A stretch of DNA of 64,000 nt from NCBI GenBank assembly GCA_964247055.1, contig OZ176055.1, positions 7,812,001 to 7,876,000 of the forward strand, read 5' to 3'. Positions within the stretch are counted from its first letter, which is position 1, and every line of letters starts with the position of its first letter. Source of the stretch: Paragordius varius (taxonomy: Eukaryota > Animalia > Nematomorpha). A model generated the notes under the pieces. The model made no database searches. It saw only the letters and a list, made by a program, of their open reading frames with translations, and was not told where the DNA came from. Of the stretch, positions 23,021 to 37,100 are shown in pieces. Both the position numbers and the translations under genes were made by a program.

Positions 23021-24853
23021 TTGATTTCATAGAAAGTGAATTTTCTTCATGGGCAAATGTATTGTTAACATCTATATCATTGACGTCCCCGTTAAATGAC
23101 CCATTTATCTAATGATATTTATATAAAAAATCAAAACTAAAACAGGTGGTCTAAAGTCTTATTTTTTTAATATGAATGACCTTTCAATTTAATTTTCAAA
23201 TCTTATATTCTTTTCTCCATATAATATACATAAAAGGGGTTGTTAAATAAAACTAGTGATTTAAAATAGTTATCATGTGGGCTAAATAGAAAAAAACTTA
23301 AAAAATGATGTTCCAAAATCGACAGACCTTAATTTCTTTATAAAAAATATAGATTCTCACTTTTTACTGTCTATTAGTTATATCAATTTTATTTAAAAAA
23401 CAAATTCAATATGAATTTTACAGCAAGTAAATATATATAATTTATGAATTACAAATTTCCGCCAATTTTTTAAAAAATCCAAAATAAAAGGTTAAAATAA
23501 ATTTACTTGGTCGGATTGGTGTAATTCTTGGTAATTTTGTTTCTTCTTGGAAGTTTTTGAAGCTGTTTTACTTAAAGAATCTCCAGCAATTTGTTCATTA
23601 AGATGATGATGATGAGTATTGTTACTCTTTAGGTAATGTGGATTATTTAATATGGCTAATTCACGGGCCTTTTTTTGCTACATGCAAAAATATAAGAAAT
23701 TAAGTCTATTATATAAAAAAATTAGGATAATTACCATTAATTTAATAAATTAATCATAGGCCATAATTTAATTAAAGGATTGAGTAAACGGAGAAGAAAA
23801 TCTTTTATGAATCTATCAATAACTCGTTTAACAAATGCTGAAATTGGTTTAAAAAATAAAATAGTTTAAATATTTACTCCGTTATCAATTCAATAATAGG
23901 AAATGGTATTATTTTTGTTTAATTTTAATCTTCATATGCAAGTTATTGATACAAATTACAGTAAAAATTAAAATTATACGGATAACACTTAAATATATAA
24001 AGACAAATATTTTTTTAAATAAAAGACACAACCATACTTTTAAATCTTCATTTTTTTATATATACCCAATTGAGTTATATTGCCAAGTATGAATTAGATT
24101 ATATTGGTACCATAATCCAATAATTATAGTAATATAAAGGTTTATAAAAGTAGGGTTAACTTTAAAATTTTAATTTTTACAGTTAAATTTAACATAACAA
24201 TCTTTATTGTTATGTTGCAAAAATATACCTCACGAATTTGTTGTTTAGCATTTTTACTACTACTCCTATCCTTATTGTTATAGCGATTTTCGTCAAATTT
24301 GCCAGGATTTTTATGGATTGAATCCATCATATTTTCATGTTCCCCCCCATCATCATTGTAGGGAAAAAAGGATAGGACTAAATTGTCATTTTGCAAGGAG
24401 CAGCTTTTATTATCATCATAATTTTTATGATTTGAACTGGTTTCGGTTCCACTTACATAACTATTTGAATCAGAAACTGAGTCAGAATTCACGGCATTAT
24501 CGGAAGAATTTGATTCTAAAACGTTTTTTGTTCCATGATTTGACCGCCTCCTATTATTTTTATGACGATGATTATTTTTATTATGGTCCGCGTGAAAATT
24601 TTTGGTGTTAGAAATTTTCTTGGCGGAAAAAGGCATCATGGCTGACTGTAGGAATTGGGAATTAAAGGGTGTCTCAAGGTCCAAACTATAATATGTTTAA
24701 AACAGAGTTAAAACAATATTTCTTATATGAAAAAAAATTGAATTTAAACACAATTATTTTCGAATAAATATCAAACGAATTTATCAAATATTTAGTGTAA
24801 AAGCTTTGAAAATTTTGATTTGTGGATTCAAATATATATTTTACACAGATTTA

Positions 24854-24891
<38 letters not shown>

Positions 24892-25136
24892 GCGATTAGG
24901 CTGTAAATGCGAAAATAAAAAGGTAATTTCAAATTTTTGATTTCAGTTATATATATATATATATATATATATAATTTCAAGTGTGATATCATTAATATAT
25001 ATTTAGAGATGACAATATTTTTCATAATCTAAGTTAGTAATAATATTCAAAAATAGAAAATATATTTCACAAACGTTAACAAGAAATATATTTATATGGT
25101 TATAAATGCTTGGAAATTCAAAAGACTTTTGTGAAG

Positions 25137-25186
<50 letters not shown>

Positions 25187-28100
25187 AGTGTTTTCGATTA
25201 ATATTAAAGAGAAACATGATAAACATAATTAAAAATGGTTATATAGATCACATTTAAACAAACAAAATTAATTTTAAACCACTTCTTTTTTATAACAATT
25301 CCCTACAAAAACAATTATTTCCTAATCTATAAAACAAAAAAAGTGCCACAATAAAAGTATACACATCTAAAATTTGAGTTAATACTCAATATTTTAAAGA
25401 TATTACTTTTCAGGTACTTGAAGTTTGGTTTGTGCCTTAGGACCTACCGGATTTAGAGTCATATTCGTAAATAGGTTACTTAATTTTTCTTTGACAAAGA
25501 GTGATAAATTTTGGCTTTCGGTATTTTCTATGGGCAAGTCTTCGCCAAATAGTAAGGAATTGTTAATTTTTGCAGAATTATTATTCTCAACATTTTCAGT
25601 ATGTAGGTGTCGATGTTTAATTTGCATCAAAAGGTGTAAAAAGAAAAATGCCTAAACATATAGATAGATAATTCGTTTTTTTTTCCTTATAACATAAATT
25701 AAAATTTATATTTTGTTTAATTGAAATTTCTCAAAAGTTAAATTTAGAAATGATATGTTTTCAAATTATGAACTATTAGTACCTTAAGAGCTTTAAATTT
25801 TAGATTTTTTGAGGTAAAATTTAACGATTCTCCCAACTATATTAAATTCAAAATCCCAAGCCAAGAGTAAAAGTAAAAAAATATTTTATAATACATCTTA
25901 AAAATTAAAAACATTTTACAAATATATGTTTTCCATAAAACTCATATAATATTCCAACTATCTAGGGCCAAACGCCATATCATATCATTTTAGATTTATT
26001 AAATATGATGATCCTTATAATTATTAAGCTTACAGTAAATTAAAAACTTTTACCCATCTATTATTCATCATTAGGCTTCCATAATGAAAAGTCCAACAAA
26101 TAATTTAGCATAAAAACGACCAAAAATTATTAAAACTATACCCTATCTTGTATTTCAACACTATCACTCATAGTGTAAAAACTATGCAGACATTTTTCCA
26201 TTGAGGCAAACCATTGTTCTTCTTGATTATTGGCTAATAAAGGAAAAATACGTTCCCATTCTTTAATCAGAATTTTAAGGGCGGCACTCAAAAACATTGA
26301 TTGAATTTGACACAAAACATTACTGTTTTTGTCAAATTTCTTTTGCGAAGCGATATTTTGCTTGTTTAAACTATATTTTTGTTGTGAAACATCTCCTTGA
26401 TGGATCATGGCATTTATACATTCAAGTGGTTTACTCAAATGTCTAAAATGTGTGAAATACATAACTATATATAAAGTATATATATAGTTATATATAAAAC
26501 AGGGTTGACTATGAAATTGTTAGCTGTTTATAAAAACCATTCAAACGCTTTTTATTTAACAAGATACTGTAAAAGTAAAAATTATGATTAATAATTGTGA
26601 AACCATCAATCTTTTATTTGTTTGCCATAAGAATAAAAATAACATTAAAGCAAATTTAGTGGGTTTGTTTTGTTAAGACTGCATTATCTTTTCACTTTTT
26701 TGTCCGAATTTACCTTTTGGGGTAGTTTTATATCCCGGAGCTCAATTTTGTAAATAAACTACAGTTTGGAGAGTTTTAGTTAAAATTTAATAATCAAACA
26801 TTGTTCGCCTCAGATATTAGAAAAAGCTTATATTTTTACAGTTTTGTGACTTCTAGAGTCTAAAATTGGGATACCACCCAAAACAACAGCTAAATCAAAA
26901 TTAATCAAGTTTATTCTGGTAAAATGTAGATTAAAAGCTATTTGAAGTTAATTATTTACATTTCTTAACGATAATATACATTTATTTGTTTGTTGCATTA
27001 GCGATTTAAAAATCTTATAAAAAAAATGGCGGCAAAATAGTTTGAGTTGAGGATGCTTTTCCAATTTAATTTTTTTTATAAAAAAAACTGTATAATACGC
27101 CTAAAAGGGTGCAAAAACCATATTTTTAAATTCGGTTTTGTAACTTAAATACTTTTTAAGATATTTAAATTATAGATCGCTCTGGGATATAAGATTACCC
27201 CAAAAGGTAATGAAGTGTTAATTTAACTCCGGATATATCCCCAATTTTTTATTATTTGACTGGTTATACTTTAAATGATTGCTAAAGCAATCGATCGGGC
27301 ATTTTTGACCAGTAAAAAATTAACACTAAGGGTAGATTCCTTATAAACAAATATTTTTGTAAGTCTATTAACATAAAAATATAAATTTTTTTAAAAATAT
27401 GTCAAATATTCTTTATGTATCTGTGGTTAAGCTAAAACTATTTCCTTTGTTTTTAATAATTTTAGCTTCCTTAAAACTTCAAAACATACTTAATTATATG
27501 ATAAAAGGGTACTTAAACAGACAAATATTTTTTGATAATTACTGTGAATATTCGCCACAAATATAAGCTATTGTCATAAGTAATTTAGGCATTACAGTTT
27601 GACAACGTTTTGTATTAGCAAGGTTTGTACGTTTCATATCCAAAGAGGAAAAACAATTTTCGAGTAATAAAATTTCCTAAAATATATTTTATATTACATC
27701 AAGTTTTATTTTTTAATAATCCAATTAATAAAAAAATAAAAAATTTAAAAACATGAGAGAAATATTCTTTAATTAAGAAAATCATATTTTTTAAACCATA
27801 ATTTTCCTACATGAATGATTCAATTACACTTTGAAATTAATAAATAATAATTGCATACCAATTTACATCTCTATTCCTGTTTTTTTAAAAACAATAAGTT
27901 ATATGTAATAAATTACTGATTTAAAAAGTATATGATATCCTTAATGTAAAAAACTGTTAGTTTTTTTTAGTTGAAATATTCTAAACAAAAAAATTTATTC
28001 GAAATTTAAAAAAAAGGAAAATAAAATTCAAACCAATTTTGAAACAGCATAGGTACGCAACGTAGGAACCCGAATAGTTAAATCCAACCATTGTTCACCA

Positions 28101-31100
28101 ATCAAGTCTGTATTAGCCGGGGTATTGCAATGACCAAATTCCACCAAAACGTTAAAATACCTATTTTTATGAAATATATTTCAAATTCACCCTTGAACAC
28201 TTCAAATTGACCCTTAAACAATTCAAATTCACCCTTGAACTATTCAAATTCACCTTAAAAATAAATTATGTGTTTTCGAACTAAAATAACTCATTATTAA
28301 TATAAAATATATTCTTTATAGCATAATTTTATATTTTCTCAGTATTCTATAAATTTTAAACGTAATTTCATTTTTTAAAAAATATAAAAAAGAGGTAATT
28401 TTTAATCTTAGGAAACATATAATTTAATTTAAGGCGAATTTGAATTGTTCAAGGGTGAATTTAAATTGTTTAAGGGTGAATCTGAACTGTAAATGGTGTA
28501 TAAATATAAACAACTTAAATTTAAAACAATATTATTTTAGCATTGTATTATACATTAAAATTTCGGCTTCGAGTGCGTAATTTGACAAAAAATTATAATA
28601 TAGCCAACTTTTATACGCATAATCTTATAAACTCCCAATAAAATCGAAATTATTTTTAATAAATGCATTTTTTATACATATTTGCAAATAATTATTAAAT
28701 GCTATTTAAATTAATATATTTTTGGATAGAGTTGACGCTAAAACTTTGTTGTAACAATTTATCAACTATTAAATTTGAATAATTTCGATTCATAAATTTT
28801 TACATTATATAAATAAAAATAGAAATTTCAAAATCAAAATTACAAAATATTGTCACAATTTAATCGAAAAAAAAAGAAAAGAAAAAAAAACCATTCAAAA
28901 TCAGAGATGTATTGATAATTATTTTGGCGACAAACATCAATTATGTTACGGATAAGGTCATCTCTATAGGCCTGTGAAAATTCTTCAGTAAATCCAGCAT
29001 TTGTATTATTTGTATTCATATTATTGAGACTGACATTAAAATTTGAATTCTCATTCTTAATATTAATATCTATGTTAGGATTAACAAATATATCTGTAGT
29101 TTCATTATTCATATTCATATTATGATCCTTAATGATTTTATTTGGCACCAACTTTTGATCCAAGTGAGCTAAGAGTGTTTTAACTATTTCCATCAAATTT
29201 TTTTTGGTTACCTGTAGGGCAAATAAAAGTATTTAATTACATGAAAAATAGTTTATATATTTTAGAATATGATATAATATCAGCAAAATTAATAATAAAT
29301 TTATTAGTGAATTTTCGTTAGATTCATCTAACTTCTTTAGATCAACATAAAAATAAAATTAAAATAAAGATACAAAATAAAATTATAAAATATTTTATAA
29401 AAATAAAGATGTATATCTATTTATATATTAAAATTCAAAAAAATATGAAAAAGGGGCGTAAAATTCTAAAATACAGTATGCATTTTAATGTATGCTCAAT
29501 AATTTTATTGGCAGTCGAATAACATAAATGGTTTATCCAATGCGTAAAATACTGACCCACGAAATTATTTCGTAGTACACATATGAAAGAGGATTGACGT
29601 GAGAATTAACATAGGCTTTAATTTGATGGATATTTTGTAATGTTAAATTTTCAGAAGATTATAGCAATTTATGTTAACATTTGAAATATTGTTGTTACGT
29701 ATATAGATGCGGAATTTTGTGGGTTTTTGTCTTTGATAAATTAATAAATAGTAATATACGTATTTTAAAATTTTTAATGTCAATTATTCCTAAATTTAAT
29801 AATAAATATTTTTCAACATGCTAAATACCTGTATTAATCAATATTGGTATTATCATTTTATATAGTTGTTACTACTAATTAAAAAAACACAGGTAAATAT
29901 ATATTTGTGAAAATTTAAGTAGATTTAAATTTTTTGTCTTTTATGTTTTGCAATGTTAATTATTAATAAGTTTAAGTATTTCAGACATTTTAATCAGGTA
30001 AAAATTCGGTTTTGAAATTTAGTAAAATTTAATTTTTTTTGTTTTTTTATGTAACATTGTTAATTGTAAATTAGAACATATTTTGGACATTTTAATAAAT
30101 ACAGGTAAAAATTGCGGTTTTAAATTACTTTAGTAAAAATTTAGTTTTTTTTGTTTTTTAGGTTTTGCATTGTTAATTTTAATTAATTACTACATATTTT
30201 GGACATTATAATAAATACAGGTAAAAATTTCGGTTTTTAACAAATTTAGTAAAAATTAGTTTTTTTATGTTTTGCATTGTTAATTGTAATTAATTACTGC
30301 ATATTTTGGACATTATAATAAATACAGGTATAAATTGCGGTTTTTAACAAATTTAATAAAAATTTAGTTTTTTTTTTGTTTTTTTATATTTTGCATTGTT
30401 AATTGTAATTAATTACTATATATTTTGGACATTATAATAAATACAGGTAAAAATTGCGGTTTTTAACAAATTTAGTAAAAATTTATTTTTTTTGTTTTTT
30501 TAGGTTTTGCATTGTTAATTGTAATTAATTACTGCATATTTTGGACATTATAATTAATACAGGTAAAAATTTCGGTTTTTAACAAATTTAGTAAAAATTA
30601 GTTTTTTTATGTTTTGCATTGTTAATTGTAATTAATTACTGCATATTTTGGACATTATAATAAATACAGGTATAAATTGCGGTTTTTAACAAATTTAATA
30701 AAAATTTAGTTTTTTTTTTGTTTTTTTATATTTTGCATTGTTAATTGTAATTAATTACTATATATTTTGGACATTATAATAAATACAGGTAAAAATTGCG
30801 GTTTTTAACAAATTTAGTAAAAATTTATTTTTTTTGTTTTTTTAGGTTTTGCATTGTTAATTGTAATTAATTACTGCATATTTTGGACATTATAATTAAT
30901 ACAGGTAAAAATTTCGGTTTTTAACAAATTTAGTAAAAATTAGTTTTTTTATGTTTTGCATTGTTAATTGTAATTAATTACTGCATATTTTGGACATTAT
31001 AATAAATACAGGTATAAATTGCGGTTTTTAACAAATTTAATAAAAATTTAGTTTTTTTTTTGTTTTTTTATATTTTGCATTGTTAATTGTAATTAATTAC

Positions 31101-34100
31101 TATATATTTTGGACATTATAATAAATACAGGTAAAAATTGCGGTTTTTAACAAATTTAGTAAAAATTTAGTTTTTTTGTTTTTTGCATTGTAAATTATAC
31201 ATAGTCTTGAAATATTTTTTACATAATATAATAAAGACAGATAAAAATCAATGTTTTTCGGTTTTATATGTAATTTTAAATACCAACCAATATGAAAAAT
31301 TTTCTATATTCACATAAACATCGATATATAGATGCAAATAAAATATATTTATTACTCCAAAAACTATGAATAAGAAGCATATTATTTTTAAATATAAATA
31401 AATTTATCTATATAAAATACTAGCGTACTCGTGCTGCTGCGCAGCACGAGGAAGTACTTCGGACTTCTGGGGGGGGGGGGGGGGGGCTATTTGAAATAAG
31501 GGACAATAAAATGATCCACATATGTGGATTATTTCGAAACATTCTTTAAATATGATTTTATAGGAATTTTAAAACGGTGCATTCATACAAATATATTGTT
31601 TACTTGGGGAAAAAAATACAATCAAAAAATTATTTTTGTGGACTTTTTTTGAAAAAAATGGGATTTTACTGGGGTAGCGGGTAAAAAGAGGGCCTAAATC
31701 AAAAAAGTGAGTCGACTATGTTCAGTGCGATCAAAAATAAGTAAACAAAAATCATATTTGAAATTGAATGGTCCAACACGTTCTCCAAAAAATTGACTTA
31801 ACCCATTTTTCACACGGGGTGGGTCCAAACTGGGGACCTATTCCAAAAAAGGGCGAAGCTATTGTCGGGACATTTATTAATGATTAAATTTTTTCGATAT
31901 TCGGATTTTATTGGGTTCACCGGTTTTCCGGAAACATATCACAAAGTTACATGAGGAATCAGTTTTTAGCGGGTAGCTCCTTACCCAGCAGCTATCATCA
32001 AAGAAACGTTGGACTAAAATTTTTGCTTTAATATTGAATTTTTACGGTTTCATACCTAGGGCGAAAAATCGATTTAAAAAATTATTTTTGTGGACTTTGT
32101 TTTTTGAAAAAGGTGGCATTTTACGGGGGGAGCGGGTAAAACGAGGGCCTAAATCAAAAAAGTGAGTCGACTATGTTCCGTGCGATCAAAAATAAGTAAA
32201 CAAAATCATATTTGAAATTGAATGGTCCAACGCGTTCTCCGGAAAATTGTCTCAAAGACACGATTTTTGTGAACTTCTGTTTTCAAAAAAACCGTTTTTC
32301 ATATGGGGTGGGCCCGAACTGGGGGCCTATTTCAAAAAAAGGGAGAAGCTATTGTCGGGGCATTCATTATTGAATATATTTTTTCGAAGTTTGGATTTGA
32401 TTGGGTCTACCGGTTTTCCTGTACCAGATCACAAAGCCAGCATTTTCCATTTTTATAAATATATAGATATCATTATAATATAAATCATAATTCAATGTTG
32501 GAATCATCCAGCTTTATGGTCGATCTATATCATCATTGTCATTGACCGTCTTGTATGTTAGATTTGCTACAATTTAATGATTAATATCATCAATTATTAT
32601 AATAGGACAGTTGAATTTTGAAAACTCTGATTGCAATAGTGTGGGATCTTATTATCAGAACATTATAATTTATACACTTGTTCGTTCTTTATAATCCCGG
32701 TGATCATCTAAATAAAAAAAGATTATTGGGGTTTTTTAAAAATTATAATGCTATCTCTTTTTTATGAACATAGCTGTCACAATCCTAAATAGTGTTGGGA
32801 GCTAACACATTCTCATTGTTAGAATCCCCTATTTAATACAAAAATAATTTACCTTTAAAATGACTTTTTTCATTATAAAAAAAATTAAAAATGATCTTTT
32901 CACAGTTTTCTTTTACATTTTCTTTTTAGCAACCAAAACAGCACGAAAAATTCCCTACACTGCTTTTCTGGCATGGTATGAGTGCGAAGAAGAAAATTTT
33001 ATCAAATTTGTATTTTTTGTTAAGACTATGAAGGGGATTCGTGTTTTTTTAGTTTTGGCTATTATAAAGAAAATGCAGATGGAAGAATTTATAACATTTT
33101 TTATTTTCTTTTTTATAAAAAAATATTTTTCCAATTTGAAGGTTAATTTATTTTTTATTTTAATTGGTGTTAGCTCCGATTAGCGTTTCTGATTGTGATA
33201 ATATTTATGGAATTCAGGAAAGCGATTGTAGGAACAGTAATATCATTTTAAATTCCATAAAAACTCATCTATCTTTTATGTTAGCTGATATAATCATCCC
33301 AGAGAATGATGGTAAAATATTCTTAATTTTATCCACGTTTTTCAATGATCTTTTGGATGATAAATTGAGTCTTTTATCAGGTATTTTTATTAGATTTTAT
33401 AAAAAAGAGATGGTGATTATAATTTTTAAAAACCCAATAATTTTTTTTATTTAGATGATCACCGGGATTATAAAGAACGAACAAGTGTATAAATTATAAT
33501 GTTACTGATAATAAGATCCCACACTATTGCAATCAGAGTTTTCAAAATTCAATTGTCCTATTATAATAATTGATGATCTTAATCATTATGTAGCAAATCT
33601 AACATACAAGACGGTCAATGACAATGATAATATAGATCGACCATAAAGCTGGATGATTCCAACATTGAATTATGATTTATATTATAATGATTTATTATAT
33701 ATAAATAAATTTATTTATGTCTAAAAATAATATGCTTCTTTTTCATAGGTTTTGGAGTAATAAATATATTTTATTTGCATCTATATATCGATGTTTATGT
33801 GAATATAGAAAATATTGGTTGGTATTTATAATTACATATAAAACCGAAAACATTGATTTTTATCTGTCTTTATTATAGTATGTAAAAAATATTTCAAGAC
33901 TATGTATAATTTACAATGCAAAAAACAAAAAAACTAAATTTTTACTAAATTTATTAAAAACCGCATTTTTTTACCTGTATTTATTATAATGTCCAAAATA
34001 TGCAGTAATTAATTACAATTAACAATGCAAAACATAAAAAAACTAATTTTTACTAAATTTGTTAAAAACTGAAATTTTTACCTGTATTAATTATAATGTC

Positions 34101-37100
34101 CAAAATATGCAGTAATTAATTACAATTAACAATGCAAAACCTAAAAAAACAAAAAAAATAAATTTTTACTAAATTTGTTAAAAACCGCAATTTTTACCTG
34201 TATTTATTATAATGTCCAAAATATGTAGTAATTAATTAAAATTAACAATGCAAAACCAAAAAAACAAAAAAAACTAAATTTTTACTCAAGTAATTTAAAA
34301 CCGCAATTTTTACCTATATTTATTAAAATGTCCAAAATATGTTCTAATAGATTACAATTAACAATGTTACATAAAAAAACAAAAAAAATTAAATTTTACT
34401 AAATTTAAAAACCGAATTTTTACCTGATTAAAATGTCTGAAATACTTGAAAATTATTAATAATTAACATTGCAAAACATAAAAGACAAAAATTTTAAATC
34501 TACTCAAATTTTCACAAATATATATTTATGTGTTTTTTTAATTAGTAGTAACAACTATATAAAATTATAATACCAATATTGATTAATACAGTTATTTAGC
34601 ATGTTGAAAAATATTTATTATTAAATTTAGGAATAATTGACATTAAAAATCTTAAAATACTTATTTTACTATTTATTAATTTATCAAAGATAAAAACCCA
34701 CAAAATTCCGCATCTAAATACGTAACAACAATATTTCAAATGTTAACATAAATTGCTATAATATTCTCAAAATTTAACATTACAAAATATCCATCAAATT
34801 ACAGTATGCATTTTAATGTCTGTTAAGTAATTTTATTGCCTGCCAAATAACATAAATGGTTTATCAAAAGCGTAAAATACTGACCCACGAAATTATTTCG
34901 TAGTACACATATGAAAGAAGATTGACGTGAGAATTAACATAGGCTTTAATTTGATGGATATTTTGTAATGTTAAATTTTGGGAATATTATAGCAATTTAT
35001 GTTAACATTTGTAATATTGTTGTTACGTATTTAGATGCGGAATTTTGTGGGTTTTTATCTTTGATAAATTAATAAATAGTAAAATACGTATTTTAAGATA
35101 TTTTATGTTAATTATTCCTAAATTTAATAATAAATATTTTTTTAACATGCTAAATACCTGTATTAATTAATCTTGGTATTATAATTTTATATAGTTGTTA
35201 TTACTAATTAAAAAAACACAGGTAAATATATATTTGTGAAAATTTAAGTAGATTTTTGTCTTTTATGTTTTGCATTATTTTTATCAGGCAAAAATTGCGG
35301 TTTTTAATAAATTTCCTAAAAATTTAGTTTTTTTTTGTTTTTTAGGTTTTGCATTGTTAGTTGTAATTAATTACTACATATTTTGGACATTATAATAAAT
35401 AGAGGTAAAAATTGCGGTTTTTAATAAATTTACTAAAAATTTAGTTTTTTAGGTTTTGCATTGTTAATTGTTACTACATATTTTGGACATTTTAATAATT
35501 ACAGGTAAAAATTGCGGTTTTTAACAAATTTAGTAAAAATTTTGTATTTTTTGTTTTTTTAGGTTTTGCAATGTTAATTGTAATTAACTACTACATATTT
35601 TGGACATTTTAATAATTACAGGTAAAAATTGCGGTTTTTAACAAATTCAGTAAAAATTTAGCTTTTTTTGTTTTTTTTAGGTTTTGCATTGTTAATTGTA
35701 ACTAACTACTGCATATTTTGGACATTATAATAATTACAAAATTTAGTAAAAAGTTAATATTTTTGTTTTAGAGGATTTTCATTGTTAATTGTAATTAATT
35801 AATTTTGGACATTTCAATTAATAAAGGTAAAAAATGAGGTTGTTTTAATATTTAATAAAATTTAATATTTTCTTGTTTTTTTATTTAATATTGTTAATTG
35901 TAATTAATTACTACATATTTGGAAATTTTAATAAATACAGGTGAAAATGGCGGTTTTTAACAAATTTCAAATGTAACATTTTTTGTATCTTGTATCATTG
36001 TTATTTAATTAATTACTAAATATGGACATTTAAAAAACTTGTGTAAATTGCGGTTTTTATTAAATTAGTAAATTTTATTTTTTGTTCAACCTTGCTAATT
36101 TATTTATCACTATATATTTGTGATACATTGATATATACAGGTAAAAATTACTATGACTTGCGGTTTTTTGAATTTTTTAAAATATTTTTTTTACATTGAT
36201 AACTTATATAATAAATATAGTTAACATATCTGAGTAAGTAAAAATGCATGTTACGGTTTTATGTTTGACATTTTATTTTCCATCAACTATTTATATTTTC
36301 CTGAAAATTTTAATTACCATCATTTTTCAGGTAGATTCTATCACCTAAAATATAAGATAATTGATATATTAGAAAATTGATACCTGGATTAAATATTGGG
36401 GGAAACATTCATAGTTTGAAAGGGAACTCAAAAGGTTGACTTGGCTTTTTAACAACTAAATTTGCAAAAAAATATTTTCTTCATGATAAAAATATCAAAA
36501 ATGATACCTTATTTTACGTTTTCGTTTTACCATCCTAAACTATAAATATAAAAAATTATTCTTCACCAAAGCAAACAATGTAAGTGTTGCCTGCTTTTGG
36601 AGTGCTGTTGCATTCCAAGCTTTTGAAAAAAATTATTTGTTTCTATTTTCTATTTGACGTCATTGGTATGGTGAAATCATATAAGCCTTTTCATATTTAT
36701 AGTTTAGGATGGTAAAACGAAAACGTAAAATAAGGTATCATTTTTGAATTTTTTATCATGAAGAAAATATTTTTTTGCAAATTTAGTTGTTAAAAAGCCA
36801 AGTCAACCTTTTGAGTTTCCTTTCAAACTATGAATGTTTCCCCCAATATTTCCAGGTATCAATTTTCTAATAATCAATTATCTTATATTTTAGGTGATAG
36901 AATCTACCTAAAAAATGATGGTGATAAAAATTTCAGGATTATCTACATCTTATACTATTCTTCAATCCATATGATCATCATGAACGCACACCGCATCGTA
37001 CATCAATTATATAAACAAATTACCTGTATTAATATCAATAAGAAGAATGTTAATTTCAAACATAATATGAATATTTTGTATAATTATACATTTATAATTT

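Larger units (their letters stand above)
29474..34801. mobile_element. Foldback element 1: very long modular inverted arms; right end truncated by foldback element 2
   Basis: TA|CAGTATGCATTTTAATG start; left arm 29474-32765 (interrupted by a Helitron), spacer 32766-33398, right arm 33399-34801 is the reverse complement but lacks the outer roughly 145 bp. Confidence 0.88.

Noticed and set aside
29990-31190. CRISPR-like or regularly interspaced array
   Set aside because: Contiguous tandem monomers without unique spacers, in a eukaryotic intron with no cas genes.
32860-33454. Two hydrophobic ORFs in the foldback spacer as membrane proteins
   Set aside because: F/I/L/K composition is what T/A-rich non-coding DNA yields; no motif recognised.
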